A stretch of 64,000 bases of DNA. Source: an uncultured Verrucomicrobiae bacterium (GTDB lineage: Bacteria > Verrucomicrobiota > Verrucomicrobiia > Limisphaerales > JAFGQR01). Below, piece by piece: positions 9,946 through 19,363 of the stretch (the stretch's first letter is position 1; each line of letters begins with the position of its first letter). The notes under the pieces are model-generated. The model saw only the letters and a program-made list of their open reading frames with translations. It had not been told where the DNA came from and did not search any database. Location: NCBI GenBank assembly GCA_963788655.1, contig CAWBHS010000099.1, positions 64,001 to 128,000 on the forward strand, in the 5' to 3' direction. The position numbers and the translations under genes were made by a program.

Positions 9946-10821
9946 TCAGGCGCTGGCAAACGACGATTCGGTTTGGCCCTCCGCCCGCATCTTCTTGAGC
10001 GCGTCGGCAATCTCATCGGCAATCGGGCGATGGTCCACATAGCCGTGTTCGATCGCGGTGGCGTATTCGGCGGTGAAATTGTCCAGTTCCTGGGTGATGG
10101 CGCGGATGGTGGTAATCATGTAGTTATAAGCGAACATGGCGGGGATGGCGACAAACAGGCCGGTGACGGTGGCCAGCAACGCGGCCGCCACGCCCGGCGC
10201 CATGGCCGCCAGGCTGGCCGCCTGCACTTGGGCAATGCCGGAAAAGGTTTCCATGACGCCCCAAACGGTGCCCAGCAGCCCGATGAACGGCCCGCCGGCC
10301 ACAGCGGTGGACAGAATGATCATGCTTTTTTCCAACGAAATGGATTGGGCGCTCACCGCGCGTTCCAGGGCCACCCGAACCGATTCGAAGGAGGCCCCGC
10401 TGATCTTGACGGTGTTGGCTCGCGCAAAGTAATCCGTCTCCGCATGCTTGGCGAGGTCGTCCGGATTCTCGGATTTCACCGCGTCCACCTGGCTCACAAT
10501 CACCGGATTGTTTTTCAGATGGTAGGCCAATTCCTCCGCCCCGGTGAAGTACACTTCGTAAGCCGGTGCCCCGACGAACTCCTGCTCCTTGTTATACAGC
10601 TCCATGGGTTCACGCGTGGCCCGGTAGGCACTGAAAAATTTCCGGGCCATGGTGCTGGCCTTGATCAACTGCCGGCCTTTGCTGATCATCACCGTCCAAC
10701 TGAACAGGGAGAGGAAGATCAGCATGACAATGGTCATTTTGCCTTCGGTGGTCAGCTTGTCCACCGCGAAGGAGACGGCGTTCGCAAACATCGGGATCAG
10801 GTCGTGCGCTTCCATAATCAT
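9946..10821 (-). CDS. exbB: MotA/TolQ/ExbB proton channel protein
   Basis: LSTAVAGGPFIGLLGTVWGVMETF and APGVAAALLATVTGLFVAIPAMFAYN motifs; directly upstream of exbD. Confidence 0.92.
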   Translation of the reverse strand: MIMEAHDLIPMFANAVSFAVDKLTTEGKMTIVMLIFLSLFSWTVMISKGRQLIKASTMARKFFSAYRATREPMELYNKEQEFVGAPAYEVYFTGAEELAYHLKNNPVIVSQVDAVKSENPDDLAKHAETDYFARANTVKISGASFESVRVALERAVSAQSISLEKSMIILSTAVAGGPFIGLLGTVWGVMETFSGIAQVQAASLAAMAPGVAAALLATVTGLFVAIPAMFAYNYMITTIRAITQELDNFTAEYATAIEHGYVDHRPIADEIADALKKMRAEGQTESSFASA

Positions 10822-11140
10822 TAATCAGAGGTCACAATTCATTCGGTTCCGGTTTCTGGCCACGCGCACGAACCACCACGCTTGCCCGGGGGGCTTGCGG
10901 CTCGGTCCAAAATTGCGGTGTCCAACACATCGTGAAATTTGAATCCAACTTAAGGATGAGCTGTGGCAAACCCATGGCAGTCCCGTTACTTTTCTGTCAC
11001 GACGAATTGGACGATGGGACGGCCGATATTTGGTATTTAATGCCATCCTTGGCAACACGTTGCCAAGGTGCTACCGCAGGCGTTGGGACGTAGCTTAAGA
11101 CGCTAGCGCTGGCGCCGGCGCGATAGCGTCTTGGAGTGCG

Positions 11141-11370
11141 GCAACGTGCTGCCGGCATCTTGCCGGCAGTTTGGAACGGCGGCTTCAAATAATGACCAAT
11201 GCCCAATGCCCATCACTCCGGCATCCGCCTTTTGATTTCGGTAGGGTCATTGCGGACTTGGCCATTCTCTGGGACTTGGCCATTGGTCAGTGGCACCTCG
11301 GGCGCGCGCATTAGTTCGAGACTTGCTCTTGCACACGCTCTGCCGGCGGGACGCCGGCAGCACGTTGCCG
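11141..11370. repeat. Composite repeat: GTGCTGCCGGC REP-like ends enclosing AATGACC/GGTCATT heptamer runs
   Basis: caacgtgctgccggcatcttgccggcag at ~11142 and tgccggcgggacgccggcagcacgttg at ~11341, with aatgaccaatgccc ... ggccattggtcag between them. Confidence 0.65.
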
Positions 11371-11388
11371 GTCCATACTACACTTCCT

Positions 11389-12249
11389 CTAGTTTGCCGG
11401 AGAAGCCGGCTCGTCGCCCACCGCACAGGGATTGGCGCGGTTGCCCAACCGTTTCCGCCATTCGCTGGGGCTGGTGCCGAACTGCTTTTTGAAGGTGGTG
11501 TTGAAGATGCCGGGATGCCGGTAGCCAACCGCCAACGCGACCGTGGCGATCTTCTCACTGGTTTCCGCCAACATCTGTTTGGCCTTGATCATGCGGATTT
11601 CCGCCTGTTTGGCGCGGAAAGACACGCCGACATTCTGAATGAACAACCGATTGAAGTGCCGCGGGCCACAGTTGCAACGGGCCGCCAATTCGGTGACGGA
11701 ACATTCCAAGATTTCTGCCTCGGGCAGTTGCTGGAGGAGCAGCCGGATACGTTTGTTGGCCGGCATGAACGTTTTGCCGGGCGTGCGCGTCTGCCGGCAT
11801 TCGCGGTCGAAGAATAACGCGGCGATCTGGAGCATCAGACATCGGGCCAGCAGGCCCTGACGTTGTGCCACCTGGGCCTGCAAGCGGAGAAAAGTGTCGG
11901 CGAGCGGATCCCCGGGGCGGAAGCGGCGCGCAACGGGCTTCTTCCGTGAGGGTAACAATTCCAGTTGCCGCAATTCGTCCAGCGTCAGCAGGCCCGGCAA
12001 TAACTCGGGACAAAATAGAAAGAAGCTTAAGGTCGCGTCCCCCAGTTGGCTGGCACGAAATGTCCCGGGCCGGTGCGGTACTACGATCAAGGCATCTCCC
12101 TCATCCAACTCGATCACTTCCCCCGCTCTCAACCAATAGCCGCGACCGGTGCTCAGCCGCAGGAAGCACCAGCACGCAAACTCCGCCTTCCATTCGCCCG
12201 AAGGCGGGAGGTTCTCTTCATACAATGAGAGATGGCTTTGACGATTCAC
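11389..12249 (-). CDS. AraC-family transcriptional regulator (cupin-like N-terminus)
   Basis: C-terminal SVTELAARCNCGPRHFNRLF...KIATVALAVGYRHPGIFNTTFKKQFGTSPSEWR. Start uncertain: GTG at 12249 chosen, ORF is open to 12342. Confidence 0.85.
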   Translation of the reverse strand: MNRQSHLSLYEENLPPSGEWKAEFACWCFLRLSTGRGYWLRAGEVIELDEGDALIVVPHRPGTFRASQLGDATLSFFLFCPELLPGLLTLDELRQLELLPSRKKPVARRFRPGDPLADTFLRLQAQVAQRQGLLARCLMLQIAALFFDRECRQTRTPGKTFMPANKRIRLLLQQLPEAEILECSVTELAARCNCGPRHFNRLFIQNVGVSFRAKQAEIRMIKAKQMLAETSEKIATVALAVGYRHPGIFNTTFKKQFGTSPSEWRKRLGNRANPCAVGDEPASPAN

Positions 12250-12450
12250 TTTCTTTAGAACCCTGCGAATTTGGCATGGGCAGGTTACACTGCAAGGGCA
12301 GCCCGGCGACATTTCGGCAACAAGCTGGTGACGAAGAGTCATCAGCCGGCCGGCGCGGTTGGCGGTCAGGTTATGAAATAGATGAGGATACGTAATCGGA
12401 CACGGAAATTGGAGTGCAAGCTCAGCGATTGGCCGTGAGGCGGCATCGAT

Positions 12451-12468
12451 TCGTCATCGGGCTGTAAC
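12451..12468 (+). promoter_or_regulatory. Possible Pho-box-like direct repeat pair
   Basis: TCGTCAT (12451) and CTGTAAC (12462), 11 bp apart. Confidence 0.35.
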
Positions 12469-12656
12469 ACCGTTTCTGAGTCGTAGGTCAGGAGCAGCGG
12501 CCCAGCGTCGGCGATCGATCCCGGTAGCTTTCAAGGCGCACAAGACCTTGCCTGACAAACGTCTGATGCGGACGGCCCGCCGCCCCAGGCCGTCGTCACC
12601 GCTGACTGCTTCGCGCCAATACCGGGCCGCTTGCGTCCCAGCCTCCAGCGACGAGA

Positions 12657-12696
12657 TTGTCACCAATTTGTCACCTAATTGACCTTTACGTGTAAC
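12657..12696 (+). promoter_or_regulatory. Pho-box-like array upstream of the porin/pst cluster
   Basis: TTGTCAC (12657), TTGTCAC (12668), TTGACCT (12679), GTGTAAC (12690): exact 11-bp period, resembling the PhoB half-site CTGTCAT. Confidence 0.7.
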
Positions 12697-12742
12697 TTAC
12701 GTTCCCTATGGTGTCACCGCGTAACTAATCAATCCTAATACT

Positions 12743-14146
12743 ATGAAGAACACAAAATTCACTTGGGCGGCGCTGGCCGCCGGATCGCTCGCGGCCTTGG
12801 GCAGTGTGACCACGGCATCCGCACAATCATCGGACACCTTGATCGACGTGTTGGTGGACAAAGGGGTGCTCACACTGGATGAAGCCAAACAACTGCGGGC
12901 GGAAGCGGATAAGGATTTTACGCGGGCGTACGCCGCCAAGAGCGGCATGCCCGAATGGGTCACGGCCTTGAAATTCAGCGGCGATTTCCGGGGCCGTTAC
13001 GATGGAATTTATGTGGACAACCCGGCCCAGATTGACCGCCCGCGCTGGCGCTACCGTTTGCGGTTCGGTTTCACCGCGCTGATGTTGGACAACCTGGAAG
13101 TCGGACTCCGGCTGGCTTCGGGGAACGATGATCCGATTTCCCGCAACACAACCCTCAGTGACAATGGCGCGCCCAAACCAATCGGCATCGACCTGGCCTA
13201 CGGGAAGTATTACCTGCTCAACCGACCGACGGTGGGCGGGTCCGTCACCTTCGGCAAGATGAAGAATCCGTTCCATTTTTCTTCGATGGTTTTTGACCAC
13301 GATTACACGCCGGAAGGTGGCGCCATGCAGTACCAGTTCAATTTGAACCAGGATCCGGTCAAAGCCCAAGTCCTCAAGTTGAATCTCGGCGCGTTTGTGC
13401 TGGATGAACTCAAGGCCAGCAGTAGTGACCCGTATCTGCTGGGGGCGCAATTGCGATGGGAAGGCAAATTTGGCGAGGAACTGAAGCCGACCGGGTGGAA
13501 TGTATCAGCGGGCGTGGCGTTTCTGACCATTCAGAATGCCAACCAATTGACCCGGAGCGCGGTGCCGAATGTTGACACCGGGAATACGCGGATCCCAACG
13601 ACCAAGCAAGTCGTGTCACTGGATCCTTCGGTCGGCGTGACCACCAACTCATTAACTTCCTACGAAACCCTGGCCAACAAATTCAATCCCATTGTCGCCG
13701 ATGCCTCGGTTGGTTACACGCTGGAAGACTTCTGGATGTATAACGCACCATTCCCGATTGTGGTCGGGGGCGAGTACATGTACAACCCGGCCGCCGGCAC
13801 GCGCAACACGGGCTGGAACGTCGGCGTCACGTTTGGCAAGGCGGGCAAAAGCCGGCGGTGGGAACTGTCCTACAATTACAAATATTTGGAAAGCGACGCC
13901 TGGTATGAGCAGTTTGTGGACTCGGACTTCGGCGCCTATTATGCGGGCACTTCGCTCAACGGAACCAAGGGCTATGGCGCCGGCACGAATGTGCGTGGCC
14001 ACGTGATCTCCCTCGCGTATTCTCCGTTCAACTCGCTGACCCTGGCCGCCACCGCCTTTGTCACCGAACTGATCGACAAGCCGGCCGTATCCCATAACAA
14101 CAGCGACACCTTGCGCGTGCAGGTGGATGCACAATGGAAGTTCTGA
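12743..14146 (+). CDS. Putative outer-membrane porin (Porin_5-like), probably phosphate-related
   Basis: Signal peptide; SDTLIDVLVDKGVLT coiled N-domain; LKFSGDFRGRYD, RWRYRLRFG; C-terminal RVQVDAQWKF beta-signal; located upstream of pstS. Confidence 0.8.
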   Translation: MKNTKFTWAALAAGSLAALGSVTTASAQSSDTLIDVLVDKGVLTLDEAKQLRAEADKDFTRAYAAKSGMPEWVTALKFSGDFRGRYDGIYVDNPAQIDRPRWRYRLRFGFTALMLDNLEVGLRLASGNDDPISRNTTLSDNGAPKPIGIDLAYGKYYLLNRPTVGGSVTFGKMKNPFHFSSMVFDHDYTPEGGAMQYQFNLNQDPVKAQVLKLNLGAFVLDELKASSSDPYLLGAQLRWEGKFGEELKPTGWNVSAGVAFLTIQNANQLTRSAVPNVDTGNTRIPTTKQVVSLDPSVGVTTNSLTSYETLANKFNPIVADASVGYTLEDFWMYNAPFPIVVGGEYMYNPAAGTRNTGWNVGVTFGKAGKSRRWELSYNYKYLESDAWYEQFVDSDFGAYYAGTSLNGTKGYGAGTNVRGHVISLAYSPFNSLTLAATAFVTELIDKPAVSHNNSDTLRVQVDAQWKF

Positions 14147-14209
14147 TTTCCGCGATCTGGTTGCCAAATTAGCGGAGCGCGCGACCTCCTGCGACCTCCG
14201 TTGCCGTTG

Positions 14210-14249
14210 CAAGCCGGGACTGGTTTAGTCCCGGCTTGTTTGTTTTTTT
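14210..14249 (+). terminator. Rho-independent terminator after the porin gene
   Basis: Perfect 12-bp stem caagccgggact-ggttt-agtcccggcttg followed by tttgttttttt. Confidence 0.85.
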
Positions 14250-14400
14250 GAGGAGGGCATTGGAGGCTTGGTCCAATTGTTCCAGTGTTCCCTCACCGGC
14301 GCGGCTTTGATTGGAGGGCATCGCCGAACCGAGCCACCAACGTGGGCGGGCGCAATGACCTTTTTGGGAACCAAGGCGCGGATGCTTGTTTCCGATCGTG

Positions 14401-14435
14401 CCGTCAAACATTGGTCAAGTTCACACAATCGTCAC
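14401..14435 (+). promoter_or_regulatory. Possible Pho-box-like repeats upstream of pstS
   Basis: GTCA at 14403 and 14414, and TTCA/GTCA at 14420 and 14431; each pair is 11 bp apart. Confidence 0.45.
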
Positions 14436-14501
14436 CTGCCCGCCATGGGGAGTTTTCATTCGCGTACATCATTAGGAGTAACAAATCGCAGCGAACAATA
14501 A

Positions 14502-15365
14502 ATGCAACACACTATGAGAACAATACAACACATCTTGCTGCTGGCCGCCCTGACCGCTGGAGTAGGTACGGCAGCCGCCGCGGACAGTATTACCATCAAA
14601 GGTTCGGACACCATTGTCATCCTCGCGCAGAAATGGGCGGAAGCGTACATGAAGCTACACCCGGACGTGAAGATCGAAGTCACGGGCGGGGGGAGCGGTA
14701 TTGGCCTGGCCGCGCTGCAAAACCAGAGCACGGACATCGCCGATGCCTCGCGCCGGATGAAACCCAAGGAGATCGCCAATTGCGTGAAAGTGTTTGGGCG
14801 CCGGCCCACCGAGTACAAGGTCTGTCTCGACGGACTTTCCGTTTATGTGAATGAACACAATCCGCTCAACGAAGTGACGATCTTCCAATTGGAACGGGTG
14901 TTCACCGGCAAATACAAAAACTGGAAGGAATTGGGCGGCGCCGATGAGCGCATCAATGTGTATGGCCGGGAAAACAGTTCGGGCACCTACGAGTTCTTCA
15001 AGGAACACGTGCTGGAAGGCCAGGATTACACCGCACGCACCCAAACCATGCCAGGCACCGCCGCCGTGATTCAGGCGGTGGCCAAGGACAAGAACGGCAT
15101 CGGCTACGGCGGGGTCGCTTACGGCAAAGGCACCAAGATTCTCAAAGTCAAACAGTATGACAATTCTCCCGCCATTGCGCCCACCGAGGAAACGGTGCTG
15201 AACAAGACCTACCCCATTTGGCGCTACTGCTACAATTACGTGAATCCGGCACTCGATCGCGGGATTGTGGCCGATTATCTGCGTTGGATTCGTACTGACG
15301 AAGGCCAAAAGATCGTCAAAGAGGTCGGCTATTTCCCGTTGCCGCCTCACATGCGGATCAAGTAA
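14502..15365 (+). CDS. pstS: Phosphate ABC transporter substrate-binding protein
   Basis: Signal peptide; ITIKGSDT, VTGGGSGIG, DIADASR, GRENSSGTYEFF motifs. Alternative ATG at 14514. Confidence 0.93.
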   Translation: MQHTMRTIQHILLLAALTAGVGTAAAADSITIKGSDTIVILAQKWAEAYMKLHPDVKIEVTGGGSGIGLAALQNQSTDIADASRRMKPKEIANCVKVFGRRPTEYKVCLDGLSVYVNEHNPLNEVTIFQLERVFTGKYKNWKELGGADERINVYGRENSSGTYEFFKEHVLEGQDYTARTQTMPGTAAVIQAVAKDKNGIGYGGVAYGKGTKILKVKQYDNSPAIAPTEETVLNKTYPIWRYCYNYVNPALDRGIVADYLRWIRTDEGQKIVKEVGYFPLPPHMRIK

Positions 15366-15476
15366 TCGTAATGGAGGACAATGGGCCCCGGCTGCTACGC
15401 GGCCACTTCCGGAGCGAAAGCGAATTCCAAAACCTGGCCTGTTCCCGCGCCCGCAATTAACCCAATCGTGAATCCT

Positions 15477-16655
15477 ATGTCCATTGCTGCCCAATCACCC
15501 AAACGCACCGCCGACTGGAGCGCCATTCAACGCGGCGTCAAATCCCGGCCGGGTGAATGGCTGACGGAGAAGGGCATCCTGCTGGTGGCGCTCACCGCCA
15601 TCCTGATGGTGTTCCTGATCTTCCTGTTCGTCGGCCGGGAAGCACTGCCGGTGGCGTTGAGGAAAATGAACACCGCGCACAATCAGGAAATCATTCCGGT
15701 GGCGGATATGGACCAAGTGGCGCCGGAGAAGTTGTGCGCCTATCTGGATTTGAAACCGCAAGAACTCGCCTCCATGGATCCACAAACCTTGCGCATTCTC
15801 ATGGAGGTCAAGGCCGAGGAATTGCAAGCCCGACCGGACGACAAGGATGCCCGGCTCAATACTGCCCGTTGGCAGTATATCCTTCATCCGCACCAGTGGA
15901 CCGGTTACGATAAACCCGAATACATCTGGCAACCGGTTTCCAAGATTCCCAAGTTCAACATTATCCCGCTCATCATCGGCAGCCTCAAAGCCACGCTCGT
16001 GGCGCTGTTTTTTGCGGTGCCGTTGTCCCTCGGGGCCGCGATCTATGTCTCGCAATTGGCCCCTCCGAAATGGAAAGAATACTTGAAGCCCGCCATCGAA
16101 ATGCTCTCCGGCATTCCGTCGGTAGTGCTGGGTTTCTTTGCGCTGATCGTCATGGCCTCGGTCCTCCAGGCCATCTTCGGTTCCCAGTATCGGCTGAATG
16201 CCCTGGTCGCCGGTATTGCCCTGGGCTTCGCCGTCATTCCCGTGGTGTTTTCCATCTCCGAGGATGCCCTGACCAGTGTGCCGCGTAGCTACGTGCATGC
16301 GGCCCTGGCGCTGGGTTCCTCCCGGTGGCATACGGCTTGGCGCATCGTGTTGCCCGCGGCCATGCCGGGGGTGTTCGCCGCCGTAGTGCTGGGCTTCGGA
16401 CGCGCCATTGGAGAAACGATGATCGTGTTGATGGCCAGCGGCAATGCCAGCATCGTTTCCTGGAACATCTTTGAATCAACCCGGACCATGACCGCCACCA
16501 TCGCGGCGGAGTTGGCCGAAACCGTGGTGGGCGGCACGCATTACCGCATGCTCTTCCTGATCGGCGCGCTGTTGTTCATCGTGACGTTCCTTGCGAACAT
16601 GATCGGGGATCTCGTCATGCACCGGTTGAAGAGCAGACTGGAGGGCGCCAAGTGA
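15477..16655 (+). CDS. pstC: Phosphate ABC transporter permease PstC
   Basis: KPAIEMLSGIPSVVLGFF, GFGRAIGETMIVLMASGN, TMTATIAAELAE. Start uncertain (ORF open from 15381). Confidence 0.93.
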   Translation: MSIAAQSPKRTADWSAIQRGVKSRPGEWLTEKGILLVALTAILMVFLIFLFVGREALPVALRKMNTAHNQEIIPVADMDQVAPEKLCAYLDLKPQELASMDPQTLRILMEVKAEELQARPDDKDARLNTARWQYILHPHQWTGYDKPEYIWQPVSKIPKFNIIPLIIGSLKATLVALFFAVPLSLGAAIYVSQLAPPKWKEYLKPAIEMLSGIPSVVLGFFALIVMASVLQAIFGSQYRLNALVAGIALGFAVIPVVFSISEDALTSVPRSYVHAALALGSSRWHTAWRIVLPAAMPGVFAAVVLGFGRAIGETMIVLMASGNASIVSWNIFESTRTMTATIAAELAETVVGGTHYRMLFLIGALLFIVTFLANMIGDLVMHRLKSRLEGAK

Positions 16656-17677
16656 GCAAAGTTAAAATCCGTCCTGAATCGTTCGACACCCGGCTCCACA
16701 AGCGGCGCCGCTGGCAACGGATGCTGCTTAAGGATGAGCATCTGTCGTGGGACATCCGCCGTTCCGGGGCGAATATGCCCTCCACATTCTTCACCGGTCT
16801 GACGGGCGCGGCCACCGCGCTTATTCTGAGCATCCTGGCGTTTATCATCATCAACGTTGTCTGGAACGGTCTGGATGGACTTTCCTGGCATTTCATCTTC
16901 TCCGGTTCGGCCAACATGTTTGACGTAAACCAGGCCGGCGTGTTCCCGATGATCTTCGGCACGGCCGCCCGCGTAATTCTCATGACCATTTTCGTCATTC
17001 CCATCGGGGTCATCACCGCCATTTACCTGACCGAATACGCCGCCACCACCTCACCGATCACCCGCATTATTCGTGGCGCAGTCAACAACCTGGCCGGTGT
17101 GCCGTCCATCGTGTTCGGTTTGTTCGGCCTGGGTTTCTTCATCAGTTTCGTCGGGGGCGGCCTGGACCAACTGTTTTCGCCGGACAATCCGGAGCCCGTA
17201 TGGGGCAAGCCGGCCATCATCTGGGCCTCGCTGACGATGGCGGTCATGACGCTGCCGGTGGTGATTGTAGCCACCGAAGAATCGCTGCGGGCGATTGCGC
17301 CGGGATTGCGCGAAGGCAGTCTGGCCTTGGGTGCCACGAAACTCCAAACGATCCGGCGCGTGGTCCTGCCGCAAGCGCTGCCCGGAATTCTGACCGGCGG
17401 CATTCTGGCGGTGAGCCGTGCGGCCGGTGAAGTGGCGCCCATTCTGTTCACCGGCGCTGCCTATTACATGGCCCACCTGCCCAAGTCGCTCACCGACCAG
17501 TTCATGGATTTGGGCTACCATGTGTTTGTGCTTTCCACCCAATCGCCCAACATTGATCAAACGCGTCCCATCCTCTACGCCACCGTGGTCGTGCTGCTGC
17601 TGCTGACCTTTGCCTTGAACGTGGTCGCCATTTTCGTGCGGGCGCAAGTGCGCCGCCGCCTGCGGGCCATGCAATAA
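16652..17677 (+). CDS. pstA: Phosphate ABC transporter permease PstA
   Basis: [49 protein letters not shown] overlap with the pstC stop. Confidence 0.93.
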   Translation: MSKVKIRPESFDTRLHKRRRWQRMLLKDEHLSWDIRRSGANMPSTFFTGLTGAATALILSILAFIIINVVWNGLDGLSWHFIFSGSANMFDVNQAGVFPMIFGTAARVILMTIFVIPIGVITAIYLTEYAATTSPITRIIRGAVNNLAGVPSIVFGLFGLGFFISFVGGGLDQLFSPDNPEPVWGKPAIIWASLTMAVMTLPVVIVATEESLRAIAPGLREGSLALGATKLQTIRRVVLPQALPGILTGGILAVSRAAGEVAPILFTGAAYYMAHLPKSLTDQFMDLGYHVFVLSTQSPNIDQTRPILYATVVVLLLLTFALNVVAIFVRAQVRRRLRAMQ

Positions 17678-17679
17678 TT

Positions 17680-18525
17680 GTGAACCTCAATTCTATGACG
17701 GCAACCCCAACCCATCTCGTTAAATTGGATTCCAAATTGACGGTCGCTCCGGCGGCGGACACCTCCGCCCACGCGCCCTTGATCGACGTGAAGAACCTCT
17801 CCTTGTGGTACGGAAAGGACCAGGCGCTCAAGGACATTACCTTGTTCATCCGGGAACACGTCGTCAGCGCTTTTATCGGTCCGTCCGGCTGCGGCAAATC
17901 CACGTTTCTGCGCTGCTTCAACCGGATGAACGACCTGATCGACCACGTGCGGATGGATGGCGACATCCACATTGCCAGCCAGAACATCTACGGCCACGAA
18001 GTGGATGTCATCGAACTACGGAAGCGCATTGGCATGGTGTTCCAGAAATCCAATCCGTTCCCGAAATCCATCTACGACAACATCGCCTATGCGCTGCGGC
18101 TCCATGGCGTCAAGGCCAAGTCCGAACTGGACGGGCTCATCGAGCAAAGTCTCCGCGACGCCGCCCTGTGGGATGAAGTCAAGGACCGCCTCCAAGCCAG
18201 TGCCATGGGATTATCCGGCGGTCAGCAACAACGCCTGTGCATCGCGCGGGCGATTGCCATCCGCCCGGAAATCATTCTGATGGACGAACCCGCTTCGGCG
18301 CTCGACCCGGTGGCCACCGCGCGGATCGAAGATCTCATCCTGGAATTGAAAAAGGAATTCACCATCGTGATTGTGACCCACAATATGCAACAGGCGGCGC
18401 GCATCTCGGATTTTACCGCCTTCTTTTACCTGGGCGAATTGGTCGAATACGACACCACCGCAAAGATCTTTACCAATCCGGCCAAGAAACAAACGGAAGA
18501 CTATGTTACGGGACGATTTGGATGA
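17680..18525 (+). CDS. pstB: Phosphate ABC transporter ATP-binding protein
   Basis: [43 protein letters not shown], terminal [10 protein letters not shown]. Confidence 0.96.
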   Translation: MNLNSMTATPTHLVKLDSKLTVAPAADTSAHAPLIDVKNLSLWYGKDQALKDITLFIREHVVSAFIGPSGCGKSTFLRCFNRMNDLIDHVRMDGDIHIASQNIYGHEVDVIELRKRIGMVFQKSNPFPKSIYDNIAYALRLHGVKAKSELDGLIEQSLRDAALWDEVKDRLQASAMGLSGGQQQRLCIARAIAIRPEIILMDEPASALDPVATARIEDLILELKKEFTIVIVTHNMQQAARISDFTAFFYLGELVEYDTTAKIFTNPAKKQTEDYVTGRFG

Positions 18526-18540
18526 GCAACGGGGGAATGG

Positions 18541-18620
18541 GATGCCGGATGCCAGATACCTGACGCTGGGCACCAGATACTGAATACTGGCTACTGATTA
18601 CTGATTACTGGCTACCGAAT
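18541..18620. repeat. Heptamer tandem repeats (GATGCCR / ACTGATT-like) between pstB and phoU
   Basis: gatgccg gatgcca ... actgaat actggct actgatt actgatt actggct accgaat. Confidence 0.6.
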
Positions 18621-18681
18621 GTGCGATGCGCTATAGATGATTTGTGATGGCTAATGACTAACCTCTCACCTTGCTACTGTT

Positions 18682-19356
18682 ATGATTCACTTTGAACAAG
18701 AACTCGATACCCTGAAAGAAAAGCTCCTGAGCATGGCGGTCGCCGCCGAAACCGCCGTCACCCGCGCCATGAAGGCCTTGGTAGAGCGCAACGACTCCTT
18801 GGCGGCGCGCATCAAGGAAGAAGACAAAATCCTTGACCAATTCGAGATGGAGATCGACGAACTGGCGATTGACCTGCTGACCAAGGCCCCGCTGGCCTCG
18901 CACCTGCGGTTGATTACTGTGGCCATGAAAGCCTCGCACGACCTCGAGCGCGTGGGCGATGAAGCCACTACCATCGCCCGGCGGGCTCTGGAATTAAACG
19001 CCGAACCGCAGCTCAAGCCCTACGTCGATATTCCCCGTATGGCCACGCTCGCGCTGGAAATGCTCAAGGACGCCATGCAAAGCTTTGTCGATCGCGATCC
19101 GATCAAGGCGCGCACTGTGATCCCGCGCGACAAACAGGTGGATGCGCTCAACAAGCAATTGTACCGTGAACTGGCCAGTTTCATGGTCGAAAAACCCAGC
19201 AGCATTTCCCGGTGCCTGCACATCATGGTGGTATCGAAGAGCCTCGAACGCATCGCCGATCACGCCACCAATATTGCCGAAGAAGTGGTTTATCTCTGCG
19301 AGGCCAAGGACATCCGCCACGACCCGGAAATCAAACGCGGCAAGCCGGCCTCGTAA
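18682..19356 (+). CDS. phoU: Phosphate signalling/transport regulator PhoU
   Basis: PLASHLR...DLERVGDEA, DKQVD, SLERIADHATNIAEEV repeats; follows pstB. Confidence 0.95.
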   Translation: MIHFEQELDTLKEKLLSMAVAAETAVTRAMKALVERNDSLAARIKEEDKILDQFEMEIDELAIDLLTKAPLASHLRLITVAMKASHDLERVGDEATTIARRALELNAEPQLKPYVDIPRMATLALEMLKDAMQSFVDRDPIKARTVIPRDKQVDALNKQLYRELASFMVEKPSSISRCLHIMVVSKSLERIADHATNIAEEVVYLCEAKDIRHDPEIKRGKPAS

Positions 19357-19363
19357 GCAACGC

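Noticed and set aside
11049..11064. Possible sigma54 promoter (TTGGCAAC...TTGC) upstream of exbB
   Set aside because: GG-to-GC spacing is 9 nt, not the required 10.
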